Shown here one piece after another: positions 50,621-64,000 of a stretch of 64,000 nucleotides of DNA (position 1 is its first letter; every line of letters starts with the position of its first letter). The stretch covers positions 102,672,001-102,736,000 of the forward strand of contig NC_042999.1 in NCBI RefSeq assembly GCF_006345805.1, given 5' to 3'. The DNA is from Octopus sinensis (Eukaryota). The position numbers and the translations under genes were made by a program. The notes below the pieces were generated by a model. That model was not told the origin of the DNA and made no database searches. It was given only the letters and a program-made list of their open reading frames with translations.

Positions 50621-51526
50621 ACAAGCTTTACGTATTTTTTGAGCCTGACACTTATACTATTGGTCTTTTTCGTTGAACTGCTCACTTACTGGGGCATAAA
50701 CAAAATGGTTTTCAAGTGAACACACACACACACGACGAGCTTCTTTCAGTTTCTGGTTACCAAATCCACACACGAAGTCTGGGGCTATCAAAGCAGACAC
50801 TTGCCCAAGGTGCCGCACGGTGGGACTGAACCCAAGCCCACTTGACTGGAAAGCAGTCTTCCTATCCACATGGCCTACGTATTTGATATCTTGCGTTAAT
50901 AATATTAATATTTTCTTCAGTAGGCCGGTAGTCAAAACGTCATTCTATTAAACTAACCTGTCTATCATTCTAGAGCTTTTGCTATTAATCATTGTATATT
51001 AAATTGAAAGTATTTTTCCAAATGAAATTTATGTTGACGTAAATCTAGTTTAAACAGACTTGTCTGTCGCCAAAGACGTGAGAATTCAAACCAAGAGCTA
51101 GAAAATGTAGTGAGAAATGATAAAAAGAAGCGATACTCTCAATTTATTTTAGTAGAGCCGGTTTTAGTGTAAGAGCAATTGGCATTCAGTATCACATCAT
51201 ATCAACCGTAAACAATATGTAGTCCTTTTTTACTGCAATCATTTTCTTCGTCGCTACTGATACGTCACCATATTGAAATGAGATTATTTACTCAGTTGTT
51301 AGCATTGTAGTATCTAGCCTCTGTATCGCAGAGTTGACTAAGATTCCTAGCTTGTGCGTAATTGCCGTCGGCTACAATCGCGCGTCACGTGGGTAATGAA
51401 ATAGTCTCAACTGTATGATTATGTGAACCATAGATTCCACTGTCACGGTCTACGATTTGGCTAAAAGTGTGCCTCGGGACGTGATAAATCTTTAAACTTT
51501 TCAAATTGCTTTTTTTTTTCTTTTAG

Positions 51527-51623
51527 TTTGTCTTTGGGGAAAGTGTGAGAAATTGCTTGTGCAAATGTGAAAGCGTGAGATTGAGTTAAATTGTGAGGCA
51601 TACGATGTTGTGAAATTTGGCAA
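51527..51623 (+). other. possible non-coding (5' UTR) exon
   Basis: Very strong acceptor ttttttttttcttttag and donor CAA|gtatgt; stops in all three frames; about 1 kb from the promoter candidate. Confidence 0.35.
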
Positions 51624-54534
51624 GTATGTACAAAATGTTTTCTTGGCATCAAACCATAAATGAATGCTTGGCTATTAGTACTTCTGAGTTTTTAGTTAAA
51701 CTTTATTTTATGCTTATTCATCTACTTTACAATATCCATTTTTATATAGACACACAACCTGAAATTTGTATGAGGGGGCTTGTCGACTACATCGACCCCA
51801 GTGCTCAACTGGTTCCTATTTTTCTTTACCTCAAAAGTATGAAAGGCAAAGTCGACCTTAGTGTAAAGCTGAGCTCAGAATATAAATCTGGAAGAAATGT
51901 CTCAAAGCATTTTGTCTGGTGTGTTAACGATTCTGCCAGCTGATAACCTTCCTCTACTCTATATTCTGCACTGTCAGCATGACATCCTGGTAAACGAAGT
52001 CACTGGAAGGGTGGGGAATCATCAACCCTCATTGTGGCGTGGTTCCAGAGTGAAGTGATGGTAAGTACAACTATCCAGAAGGATGTTACTGGTAACCCAC
52101 CTTAAAGAAGTTCGTTGATGCTGTGTGCAGCTACAAGAACACCTTCATAACTTGTGTTTCTCTATGGGAGAACTACAAGATTGTGTTGTGACAGTTTCTT
52201 GTTGGCTTTGGCTGGCATATTCTTCATCATCAACATTAAAAAGTACTTAATATATCTGTAATGCTACTGTAATGGGGATTTGAACCTTGACTGCTAGATA
52301 CTCAAGTGACACAAGTGAGCTGCCACAGTTTCAAATGGTTGATTTATAAATTGACCTATCAGCATGAAGCTGTGGTGTGATATAGCTTTCTTGAATATTC
52401 TGGAATTTGTCCTCTTGGTCCCTATAAAAACAACTTGGTGCTTTACTTATCACAGTGTTGAGGGCTGTCAACTGACATCTCACCTCTTGCTAACCAGGCC
52501 CATATGACTGACAAGTTGCTGACACCACACACTTCCATAGACTTTTGCATAGACAACTCCTGGCACTTGGACACACCACATGATATCCCACAGATAACAT
52601 TCTCCATTCACAGAGTTTTTCTCTCCTCCCAGTTGACATTTGCTATTGTTCATTGTAAATAGCTAACACCAAATATATTATGTCCAGCAAAAAATATTAC
52701 AGTTAAATGTTCATGAGTTTGCTTCAGTTATTATTCATGCAGCCAGCACAATAATTCACTTGTACACTGCAACATTGCTGAGATAATATTCATACAGCAA
52801 TAATTAAGCCATCCACTTTGACAATGATGACTCAAAAATTTGAAGCACATCATCATCATTGACCAGCTCAACTCAAGCAACAAGTGAACCATGTGACACT
52901 ACTATGTTAAGTGTTTTCAATCTGTATATCAAGCATTGTCAATAAATGACTTATTCTTTGCTTAAGAAATTGAATAAAGGGTTTAAAAAAATCTTTTTTT
53001 TTTACATATGTAGTGCTATCATATAAAAATTGTTTACAAGTCATGTACTGTCAGTTAATAACTAATGTAAAATGTTTTTACTTTTTATCACTTTAATTGG
53101 TCATAGTATTTAAATAAATTGTGATGTCCTTCCACCCTGGCATTTTTTTTTCTAGTTGCTGTCTGTCTGTGACTTGCTTGAGTAATACTACTGCTACTTT
53201 TTCTCTTAAATCATTTGCTTTATATAAGCTTAAACTAAACAAGTTTTCAAAATGCTCCCCTCTTTTATTGATATATCACACCTCCAATATCCAACACTAG
53301 TTGATTTCTCTAGAATCCCTATTATTCTCACTCCTAAAAGTGCAGCTTTCTAGAATTATTTGTCCCTTTTCTCCTTAAAATTTTAACCCCTATTACTAAC
53401 CACCTATAGTTCAAATCAATGAGAATGTCTTCGTGATTTTCTTGTCTGGCTAGGAATGGCCCTAAAATCTGTCATTCCACCTTTCAGCCTTAAAAAATAA
53501 AACGGCCATGTTGTATAATGTCCTGGGCTCCATGCACACATTGGTAAAGCTGGGATGGTCATAACTGGACTGCCTTTGACCATAAGGATGCTTAATTCAT
53601 CATTTAGCATCTGTTTTCCCATGCTGGCATGGATAAGACAGTCTGACTGGATCTGGAGAGCTGCATTAAGCTCCACTCTGTTTTGGCTTTGTTTCTACAG
53701 CTTGATACCCTTTTAAAACCAACCACTCCATAGTGTTTCTTATGTGTCACTGGCACAGGTGCCTTTTTACCAGCATGGGTGCCTAATTAGAGTTGAATAA
53801 ACATCCCTATGATCAAAAACATTCTATCCCCATAATTTAAATTCAACTAAATATTTAAATCCTTTTAATTACTAAATTATGCATAAATTTCCTCTGGAAA
53901 AGTCTGGGCTGTGCTGTTTGAGTTCAGATGACAGTAAACCTCATGTTTGACAAGAGTACACAAGACACATTTTTGTGGAAGGATGCTATCAACCACATCC
54001 TTTCTGGTATTTGATGTTTTATTTCATTGACTCTAGATGGAGGAAACTACTGTCAACATTGAAATTTCAGTTTTTCCAATATAAAAGGCTGTTGCTAAAT
54101 ACAAGATATTTAATCAGTTGAGTTGTTTATTCTAGCTGTTTCACTGCTCTTATAGTCATGTTTTCATGCCTCTAATTTTGGGTCAGGAAGGGTTTAATCA
54201 AGTTAATGTATTATTAATTGCTAGTTTATATTAGTGATAACAATGGATTGCAATTTTAATAATCCTGTTACTGGAAAATCATTTGCCTGTATTTTAGATT
54301 TCTAATTTTACATAAACTGTCTAGAAAAAAAAATAAATAGGATGTTCATAGCTTTCCTACTATTCGCTTGATTAGTACAAATCTTGGGTTAATCAACAAC
54401 TGATATTTTAATAAATACGCGATATGTAAATGAAAGGAAAACTGAATTTTAATGCAACTTGAACGCTGAACAAAAGTAAATATTACAGAACATTTTATAT
54501 ATTACTGTTTCTGTTTATGCACCGCCTTAATTCT

Positions 54535-54945
54535 TTCTACTACAGGCACAAAACCCGAAATCTTGAGGGGAGAGGTTCATTCTTATCAACCCCAATGCTC
54601 AACTGGTCCTTATTTCATTCACCCTGAAAGGATGTAAAGCAAAGTTGGCCTCCAGCAGAATTTGAACTCAGTACATAAAACTAGAATAAATGTTGCTAAG
54701 CATTTTGTCTGGCATTCTAAGGATTCTGCCACATCAGTCATAGTAATAACAATTCTTTTTACCATAGGCACAAGGCCAGAAATTTTGTGGGAGGGGGCTC
54801 AAATGGGACCAACTTTATTGACCCCAAAATGGTGAAAAGCAAAGTTGACTTCAGTGGAATTTGAACTTAGAACACAGACAAAATACTGCTAAGTATTTAG
54901 TCTGAAAGTGCTAATGATTCTGCCAGCTTGGCACCTTAGTAATTT
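54535..54945 (-). mobile_element. two decayed family B SINEs
   Basis: Same core as 44946-45381 but with CpG-to-TG/CA changes. Confidence 0.85.
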
Positions 54946-57900
54946 CTTATGAAACTCTGTAAATTTTGACTCTTAATTATTTGCAACATTCTATTCTTTT
55001 TGGCATTTTGCCTGTATTAGTGTATAAACTGCTTTTAGTGTCAATCAAGCCAACAATCATTGAGATGAAAAACAGTAGCACCTAATATTTCTAGTGGCTG
55101 AATAACTGAGAGGGTAGAATTATGGCAGGAATACATGCATTTTTGAATGAATTAGTCCACTTAGAACATGTAACAAAATAGTTTGTATACTTGTATTTAT
55201 AAACACCATAATAGATATATTTATTTCTTCATTGCCTACAGGGGGCTAAACACAAAGGAGACAAACAAGGACAGACAAAGGGATTAAGTTGATTTAATCA
55301 ACCCTGAAAGGATGAAAGGCAAAGTCAACCTCAGTGAAATTTGAACTCAGAGCATAACGGCAGACGAAATACTGCTAAGCATTTTGCCCAGCATGCTAAT
55401 GATTCTGCCAGTTCACTGCCCTATCACAATAGATATATCAACCGTTTTAGAACAAAGCATTTTTCATTGATGAATCTATCACTTTTTAGCTATGTTGGAG
55501 GGGAAATAACAATCATAGCATGCATGTTTCTCTCAAGTCTATCTATAAAAAATAGTGAAGTGAAATTGCTAACATTGGGAATTGAAACTAAATCACAAAT
55601 GTAGTTGCTGTGAGTTTAATTTTAGTACTGTAGCTCTTGTCTTGACCCTATAAACATAAATGTGTGCCACTACAATCAGTACCCACCACTGTGTGGTTGA
55701 GATCTTTGCTTCCAAACCACATTGTTTCAAATTTAGTCCCACTGTGTGGAACCTTGGGTACATGTCATCTGTTATAGTGCTGAGCTGACCAAAGCCTTGT
55801 GAATGGATTTGGTTGTTGAAAACTGAAAGAAGCTTGATTGTGTGTATGAGTATGTTTGTGTCTCATTATCTGGACATTGTGTCATGTAAATGAATGTTAT
55901 TCATTTCCAATATTCTGCAAAAACATGTCAGACGATGGGGATATATTATCTTGTTTGAAAACAGGTAATGGTTGGTGACAGGAAGGGCATCTAGCTATAA
56001 AAAATTTGCCTTAATAGACCCTGAACCATGCAAGCGTAGATAAATGGATGCTAAAATGTTTCACACTAGTTGGCTAATTAACATAATTAAGGTGCAGTAA
56101 TGAATAAAGTGTCTTATTTCTTTAGAGAGCCAAAAGAAATGAGATGTTCTGAGTTAAAAATCCTGCCAAGGTCAGTTTTGCCTTTCATCCTTTCAGGCTT
56201 AATAAAAGAAAGTACCAATCCTTGGTACTAGATTGTTAGAACATTGAATGAAATGCCTTGCAGAGTTTATCATAGATCTTTGCATTCTGATTTTTTGAAT
56301 AGTAGACTCAAACCATTGTCCAGTTTTATGCCACTATCAGGTCCTTTGATGTGTTTAGTGAGGTTCTCTCTTGCAATCACTGAGGCTAAACACTTGGTTT
56401 GAGGAACATTTCCACCCACCATCTCAGAAGCCTTAATACTAAAGCTCTGAGGTCAATGTCCTTTTTAAGCAGTACATACATGCATACACAGTGCCAAAAT
56501 ACTTAAAGGTCACTGTTTAGCATGTTTGCCTGACTTGGTTCTAGAATGTTCACTGTTCTACATTAGAAGCTACTGAAGTTAGATTTTTTATTTTAGTAAT
56601 CGGTGGCTATTAAGCTAATTTTCATTTTTTTCCCCACCTGCAATTTGGCTTTTTTTTTCTTTGTCATTTCTATATATTGTTTCATTTCAGTTATGTTTAT
56701 CCCATATACTGAGTAAACTATTGGTTTATGCCAAAAGTAAAATCAGTTACCTGAGAAATATTATGCAATAGATATATATCGTAAGAAATTGGTACATAAC
56801 AATGACTTTATATTGGGTGACTATAAGTCATAGAAAATACATTTGAATACTGACCTATATATAAAAAAATTAATTTACATTTAATATGGGTTCAAGTAAT
56901 GCTGAGCAAAATGCTTAGTGGCATTGTATCTGTCTTTGTGTTCTGAGTTCAAATTCCACTGAGTTCAGCTTTGTCTTTTATCCTTTGGGGGTAGATAAAA
57001 TAAATACCAGTACAGCACCGGGGTCAATGTAATTGACTTACCCTCTCCTTTGAAATTGCTGACCTTGTGCCAAAATTTGAGATCAATATAATTGCAAGTA
57101 TTTCTTGATTGTGCAATGGAATAAGGCTGTATGCATTGAATTCAATTCTATATGCTTCCATACCAGATTGTGAATAAGTGAATGATGAATGACTTCTAGT
57201 GTGTTTTTGGTGTTTGATACTTGCCCTTTGAGTTTCAGTTTTTAGAGTTGACTTCACCTCTATTGGTCCAGGTTCTATTAAAGTACCAGTAATATAAAAG
57301 TGAGCTGGTTACTTAAGAACAAGACATTAAATGGATGAGCAGAACCATGAAATAGATTCCATAAGAGTAATAGAGGTGGGGCAGACACAAGGAGATACAG
57401 GGATGATATTGTAGAATACATAAATGCAATAATGGGTGATACAAGTGTACTGATTAGAACCAGAATGACAATGAACATGATGTTTGAAGAGGGATTGTCT
57501 GACTGTGGACAACTGTATCCAAAGAGCGAGAAAGAATAGTAAACACACCCAATCATAATTCTTCCACTATAAGAAGTAATTCATTTTATCAAACTAAGTT
57601 AAATTGATTGCTTTTATTGGTTCAAGGTTATAGATTTGTAGGTCATTATTATTTAGCCTCAAGTCAATCTTGATTTAGCAGGCTTATGATCAAATAATGT
57701 CCCATGATCAACCTCCTTTTTGTACATCAGGAATATACATTAATATATTGTACTTTAAGACAACACTGTATAATTTGAGAAAGATTAAGGCGAAATTCTA
57801 GCTGGTTAAGGAATTACATAGATGCTCTTTGTAGACTGAGGGAATAAAATATTGTGCTACCTACCCAAAGGCCCTGAGTTTTTGAGATAGTTTTATTTTA

Positions 57901-58983
57901 TACTGCATCATCTTAGTTCACTTTGCTCATTGGTTGAGTTATTGGGTCATATTTGAGTCTTACCTGCAATAGTATTAACCTATTCAGGACAATTTCTTCT
58001 GTTTAATGCCATGTAGCTAAAGATAAGCCAAATAAAGTTTAAGAAAGCATTTAGATTCTGTTTTAAGTTTTATTTATAGATGCAAGTATTAAGTATTATT
58101 TATAGATGTATAGGTATTGAGGCTGGGTGAGTATAGTTAATTAAATCTATACTAGTATATTACTGGTACTTTAACTCCCCTAACTCTGACAAAATAAGCA
58201 TTTTGTCCAGTACTCAACTGTTTCTTCTGTTATTATTCCACACACATTTAAGATAATTATCATCCTTTAATGTTAGTTTTCCATGCTGACATGGGTTGGA
58301 CAGTTTGATCAGAGCTGGCAAGCCAAAAAGCTGCATCAGGTTTCAGTTTGATCTGGTTTGGTTTCTATGGTTGGATGTTCTTCCTTACAGTGTGTGCCGG
58401 GTGCTTTTAATGTGGCACCATCATGAGTGCCTTTTTACAAGCCACTGGCACAAGGCTCTTGCAGGCCAATCCTCTTCATCAGGAGGAGTGACATTAACAC
58501 TTCTGCTGTGGAGTAGAAATGTAAATCAATTTCATTACTTGTCTGGTACTTTTTTAATCAGTCAATGATGAATTGTGTGTGTATGGGTTTCTGTACATTT
58601 TCCATTTACTAAATCCCACATATGAGGTATTGCTCAGCTTGCTCAAGGTGCTGGGTAATGTGAGTGAACCCAGAACTAAATTGTTGCAAAAGTGAACTTC
58701 TTTTCCATATAGTCATGCATGGGTAATCGTCATTTGAACATTCCTTTCCCTAAAATGTAGATTACAGGGGCCTTATAAGGTTTTGACCCATCCTAAGGCA
58801 TATTTCAATTCTGTCAGTATAAAAGATAATCTATTCTAATCCAAAACTAATAAGTTTGATGGCTGGTTAGATAGATGAATAACCCTTGATTTTCATATTA
58901 CTACTCACTATTAATCTTAAGTCATTATTCTTCTTACATAACTTCACTAGCTATTATCATTCTGAATAATTTCTTGTTTTCAG

Positions 58984-59042
58984 TGCATCTATCTTCAGTG
59001 TGTAACCGTCCACTTCTTGCTGTATATTTTCTCTTGCATCAG
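58984..59042 (+). CDS. possible exon (CIYLQCVTVHFLLYIFSCIR or HLSSVCNRPLLAVYFLLHQ)
   Basis: Acceptor tttcttgttttcag, consensus donor CAG|gtaagt; two frames open. Confidence 0.3.
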
Positions 59043-59112
59043 GTAAGTGACACCAAAGCTCTTGTTTTTTAAATGTTGTCATTAATATTTAACTTACCTA
59101 ATTAACAAGTAG

Positions 59113-59285
59113 AGCTGGTGGGCTTACAGCCACATTCAAAGACAACTGGAATTTTACTGAAGAAGATTTATCTATTATGAACAGATCGATTTTGATTAGC
59201 TCTAGGTCAGTTCTGACTGACCAGACATATGTAGTGCAGGATGTCAGCCAAGTAATTAAACTGACCCTTAGATTGGTTGTTCCAG
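59113..59285 (+). CDS. possible exon (AGGLTATFKDNWNFTEEDLSIMNRS...KLTLRLVVP)
   Basis: Open frame of 57 codons, donor CAG|gtatac; acceptor weak; phase 2 fits 58984-59042. Confidence 0.2.
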
Positions 59286-60159
59286 GTATACCATGCCTCT
59301 GTTTAACTATACTGTATACATGAACAGGCTGTGGTGAATTGCATGAAGTGCAGTAAGGTAGTCTGGACATGTTGCATCCTTTTTCCTTTCCAGTTCATTT
59401 CTATATCCAAAGAATCTCTATATGGCTACTGTCTGACCTGCTTGAATTAGCAGCCAACTCTCCCCCAAAAGTGATGTTGAATAGTTATTTGATCAAATTG
59501 TTTACTTAAGTATGTAATTACTGTTTTCCATTTTGCCATGATCATGGTTTATTTGTCGAAGCAGTTTTAGAAGCTGGTTACTCTTCTGCTCTTTCTACTA
59601 CAATCTATTCAACTATGGAAATGGTTTTATTTGGCAAGTTGTAGCAAATTCTGCACAGGGACATAATGGCATGACAGCAGTAAGATCTGAACTTATGAAC
59701 TTGTGAGCCGGACATCAAGTATCCTATCTTCAAATCCATGTAGTGGGTTTGAGTACATTCATAAAACTGAGTGCATTCATAAAGTTGTGAGCATTGATGA
59801 TGGATCATTCATTGGTTCTAGCAATGGTTTGTAGTTGTTTAATCAACTAAACTGCCCCCTCATAAGTTAGCATGTAAATGGCTGAGTATACTCAGGTAGA
59901 ATCAGTGTGGCATAATGTGACAGAACTGCACTTTTTCGAATTGCAAGTACAATTCATCATATTTAATAAACTAATAAACTGCATATTTTTGTCTACCCAG
60001 TTTCACTCACAAGGCTATTATAAAAGACACTGAAGATGTCATGTTGTGGGATTGCACTTAGCAATCACAAGGATTGAGCTACAATCCTCATGAATGTGAA
60101 TTTCATGAATAATAAAACACATGCACCAGCTAAATTTCACTTTTTTATCATTAGCCAAT

Positions 60160-60380
60160 TGGAGTGGGTGCTGGTGCCACAAAGTGCTGGTACCATGTAG
60201 AAAGCACCCAGTATACCCTGTAGGGAGGTTGGCATTAGAAAGGGCACCCAATCCTAGAAACCAAGTCAAAACAGATTATGGAGCCTAATGCAGCTCCTGG
60301 CTGCCCTGCTAGTTCTTGTCAAGCTGTCCAACCCATGCCAGCATGGAAAACAGACATTAAATGTTGATGATAATGATGAA
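60160..60380 (+). mobile_element. RTE-type LINE 3' end fragment
   Basis: ...GTTGGCATTAGAAAGGGCACCCAATCC...TGTCCAACCCATGCCAGCATGGAAAACAGACATTAAATGTTGATGAT. Confidence 0.78.
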
Positions 60381-62451
60381 TTGGTTAATTAAACAAGCTA
60401 ATAAACAGCTTGCTTAATCTGTTGGTTAATCAATCAGTCAGTTGATGGTCAAAATCCTTTCATTGTTTTTCATAAGCTCACCAACATCTTCTCACCTTCA
60501 GGCCTGTTTCAAATCTGTCAGATATTTCCATGCAGACCTGGAAGACAGAGGGCATGTGATTACAGTTGTGAAGGGGCAATGGAAGGACTTTGATAAGCAA
60601 CTGATTCATTAAGTGATAAAGCAAGTAGTTTATTAGTTTATTAAATAATTAACCAATTGACCACTAATAAAGTGAAATTGAATCAGTACACACATTTATT
60701 ATTGGTTAATTGAGTCACCCAATATACAACTAAATCTATTTCACTGCACAATGTTTGCTTTTGATATGACATGAACTTCTTAACCATTCAGCTGTAGTGG
60801 CACAATTGTAAATTGACTGTTAGTATTGGTGTGAAGATGCATGGCTTAGTGATTTGAGCATTTGGCTTACAATTGTGAGGTTGAGTTCAATTACCAGATT
60901 GTGCTGTATTCTTGAGCAGGACCTTTTATTTCATGTTGCTCCAGTTCACTCAGCTGTAGAAATGTGTTGTAATGTCACTGGTGCGAAGCTGTATCAATCT
61001 TTGCCTTTCCCTTAGACAACAATAGTGGTGTGGAGAGGGGAGACTGGTATGCACAAGTGACTGCTGGTCTTCCACAAATGACCTTGTCTGGACTTGGGCC
61101 TCAGAGGAAAACTTTCTAGGTGCAATCCCATGGTCATTTGTGACTGAGGATGTCTTTGATATTAGTGTCATGAAATTTGTTACTTTGTGTCATCCCTTGT
61201 CATCTCATCTTAATTCTTTTGCATTTAACCATTTTAAATGATTAACATAAAGTTGCTGTTTTAATGCCATGACCCATACTATAATAGTTCATTTATTGGG
61301 TCAGGTTTTTAGATTTTGCTGTTTATTACCCCTAAATTAATAAACATAATAACAAATAAAAACATCAAGATAACATACTTAATGCATGTGTGGTGTTTAC
61401 ATGCTAGAAGCTGCAGTTTTTGTCTATGGAAAACTCCTTTTAAAGATGTATAGTGTTAAAAAACCACAGTATACTTCAAAGCTAGACAAAATGAAATTGC
61501 CCCCAGTGACATATTTCACCATAGTCACAACTTATTAATGTCACTTACTCGTGTAACTTCTGAAACAACACTGAATCTGCTTGTCTGAAGTCTATACAAA
61601 TAGTGTGTAAACTATTTACTTGTTTGCAATGATGCTGCTATGATCACTACTGGGGCAACTGCATTTTGCCTAGCCCTGAAATATGCTGTGCTTTTCACAT
61701 CTTCAAAGGGATTTTTCTGCACAAAAAAAACCTGCAGCTTCTGGTATTTAAACAATACACATTATGTGGTATTGATATGTTTTTTATTATAAGACTGCTT
61801 CTATAGCATTATTTGATTTTATAGTAACAAATATTTAAATTTTCTTTTTATGTTTGGCAGCATATTATGTTCAATAATTTTGATTATATGGCCAATGGAC
61901 TATACCCGGGTGTGTATTATTATTATTTTATTAATATCTCTTATTTCAATAAATCAATGTCTTGGTAATTTATTCTTTAAAATATGCTAATTTGTTCACA
62001 CTAGTGTTTGTGTACAATATTTTTGAAAATCTATTTCATTAAAGTTGAAATGAAAATTAAAAGGTCTCCTGTCTACTCACTCCTTCACCCATTCTCTGTT
62101 TGTTGACAGCTCCTATATGAATACTGTTCATTAGAATGAACAAACATGCAAGCTATGGAGATTATTACTGGCACAGCAGATAATTGTATCACAAAAAGCA
62201 CCAGATTAAGTACTTTACAGTATTTAGTTACAGAGTTCAAAAGCTTGCTGGTCTAGTTTGGCTTTCAGCTTTACTGGCTTTATAAAATTTAATACTAGTC
62301 AAATACTGGGACCATTTAACTGCCTTTACCCACCTCCTAAAATGAAATGGGTTTATACCAAAATTTAGGAGTCATTATTAATGTCAGAACCAATATTGTC
62401 AGATAAAACCCCTTTACCTTTCATCCCTCAATGTCTGTTTAATTTATTATG

Positions 62452-62930
62452 GCATAGGCATGGTTATGTGATAAGAATTCTGCTTCATAACCACATGAGT
62501 CTGGGCTCAATCCCACTGCAGGGTACCTTGAATAAGTATCTTATGTTTTAGGTATCAGCTGACCAAAACCTTGAGTGGATTTGACACTGAAAGAAACCTG
62601 TGTGTGTGTGTGTGTGTGTGTGAGCCTGTTGTGCGTGCGAACCTGTTGTGTGTGTGAACCCATCATGTGGGTGTGTGAAGCTGTCGCTTGCATGTGTGTT
62701 TCCATTGCTTTGCCATTACATGATAGTTATGAGTGTGACCATATTGCAAGTGGTATCCTTTGTTTCCACTATTCTGTGGAAACATGTCTGACCATGGGGA
62801 AATATTACCTTTACTTGGAAACAAAGGTTGATGACAGGAAGAGCATCTAGCTGTAGAAAATCTGCTTCAGCACATTCCATCTGACTCATGTAAGCATGGA
62901 AATGTGGATGTTAAAACAAAGATGATGCTT
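62452..62930 (+). mobile_element. decayed SINE: family A head with an RTE-like tail
   Basis: Family A head and (GT)n, then GGAAGAGCATCTAGCTGTAGAAAA...GCATGGAAATGTGGATGTTAAAA...GATGATG; similar copy at 55688-56050. Confidence 0.75.
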
Positions 62931-63809
62931 TGTCTGGGGAGAGATGGCAGTGCCCATGATCCTTTTTAGGTCTCTGAATGATGGTAAGGAGGAGTAAGTT
63001 ATTCTTGGATTAGTGACTTGAAGTGAATACCTACAACAGAGCAGGTATCACTTTAAAATTGTAAAGGGCTAGGTGGTAGTGTTACACTAGGTGATCAAGA
63101 AATTATCAGTCAAGTATTGGAGTTTATCAAAATGTGTAGATCTGTGCCAAAATCTAAAAACCTTTAAGTGTTCATCTACTTCTTCTGCATACCTCATTAG
63201 TTTAAATTCACTGCTGGCATTTCATTCTGTTTCTTTGCAGAACACTTCAATCTTTATTACATCAGTTTACTTTACCATCAGCCATCAGATTAGGTGCCAC
63301 CTTTCATCTCTTTCCACCTTACCATCCGAGAGAAACTCTGGTTCTGATTATAAAGGCAGTAGAGGTGTGTGTGTGGGGGGTTGTATGTACAATAGTTTTA
63401 TTCTGCATAAAACACATGTACTGGTTATCATGTAAAAAGTTAACATCTTTAATGTCCAAATAGTCATAAATTATATATGCTCAACTATAAAGATTTGTGA
63501 TGATGTGTGTGATATTTCAGCACGTTTTTTATTTAAGCTTTACTATGGTTTCTTTAGTGGAAGAAGGGCAGCACATCTGCTGATTTTGTAGGACATAAAT
63601 ATAGTACTTGCAACCAAAAATGTTTGCAATAGAGAAGACAATGCTAAAATATCCAAATGAATTAAGTCTACCACGTTTGGGTAGCAGTTTTCATCTAGCA
63701 AATTTCACTATAAAACAAAAAAAAAAATTCCTGGTGTTCTGCATATTGAAATTGAACTCAGAACCATGTGAATGCAAAGAAAACTTTATTTTATAGCTAT
63801 GTATATGCA

Positions 63810-64000
63810 TATGTGTATGAATGAATGTAAGTGGTGGTGGTGGTGGTGGTGGGGTTTAGATGTGTGTGTACATGCATGCATGCATGCATGTATGCAAGCA
63901 TACATATATATATACACATGTACGCACACATGCACGCACACATGCATGCACACATGCACGCACACATGCACGCACACATGCACGCATGTACATATACATA
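63810..64000. repeat. (GGT)n and (ATGC/ACAC)-type compound microsatellite
   Basis: Direct; includes a 12-bp CACACATGCACG repeat. Confidence 0.95.

Noticed and set aside
51960-52700. Possible Tc1-like relic on the minus strand (FVYQD remnant, HTH-like start)
   Set aside because: Too degenerate to annotate; no TIRs found.
53928-54010. Exon-like MTVNLMFDKSTQDTFLWKDAINHILS resembling a PH-domain helix
   Set aside because: The sequence appears to be a decayed family B SINE 3' part.
59520-59760. Faint C1q-like pattern (HGLF...AGY...L.AGHQV)
   Set aside because: Needs frameshifts and read-through of stops; resemblance is within chance.

Overview
AT-rich eukaryotic, mostly non-coding DNA with very dense microsatellites and interspersed repeats. 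The repeat content (tRNA-headed SINE families, RTE LINE tails, mariner/Tc1 relics, a Penelope-like element) points to an octopod cephalopod genome; this is an inference. No intact long ORF exists, and most entries in the ORF track are microsatellite or antisense artefacts. Well-supported elements: four mariner relics, a Tc3/rosa-like relic, a maT-like transposase relic, an RTE LINE lacking its RT domain, and a decayed Penelope-like element (RT + GIY-YIG). Also present are a 343-bp solo LTR with a 5-bp TSD inside a mariner, a 422-bp GG-ended MITE with an 8-bp TSD, a TTAA piggyBac-type MITE, a 440-bp foldback element, a 72-bp minisatellite and many SINEs. Two CpG-rich promoter-like patches (about 38.8-40.0 kb and 50.3-50.6 kb) bound a 12-kb block in which repeats keep their CpGs, unlike copies in the flanks. 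Several short splice-site-bounded candidate exons suggest host genes, but none could be identified. I did not find a clearly novel multi-gene system; the most interesting signals are transposon architectures and the CpG domain.
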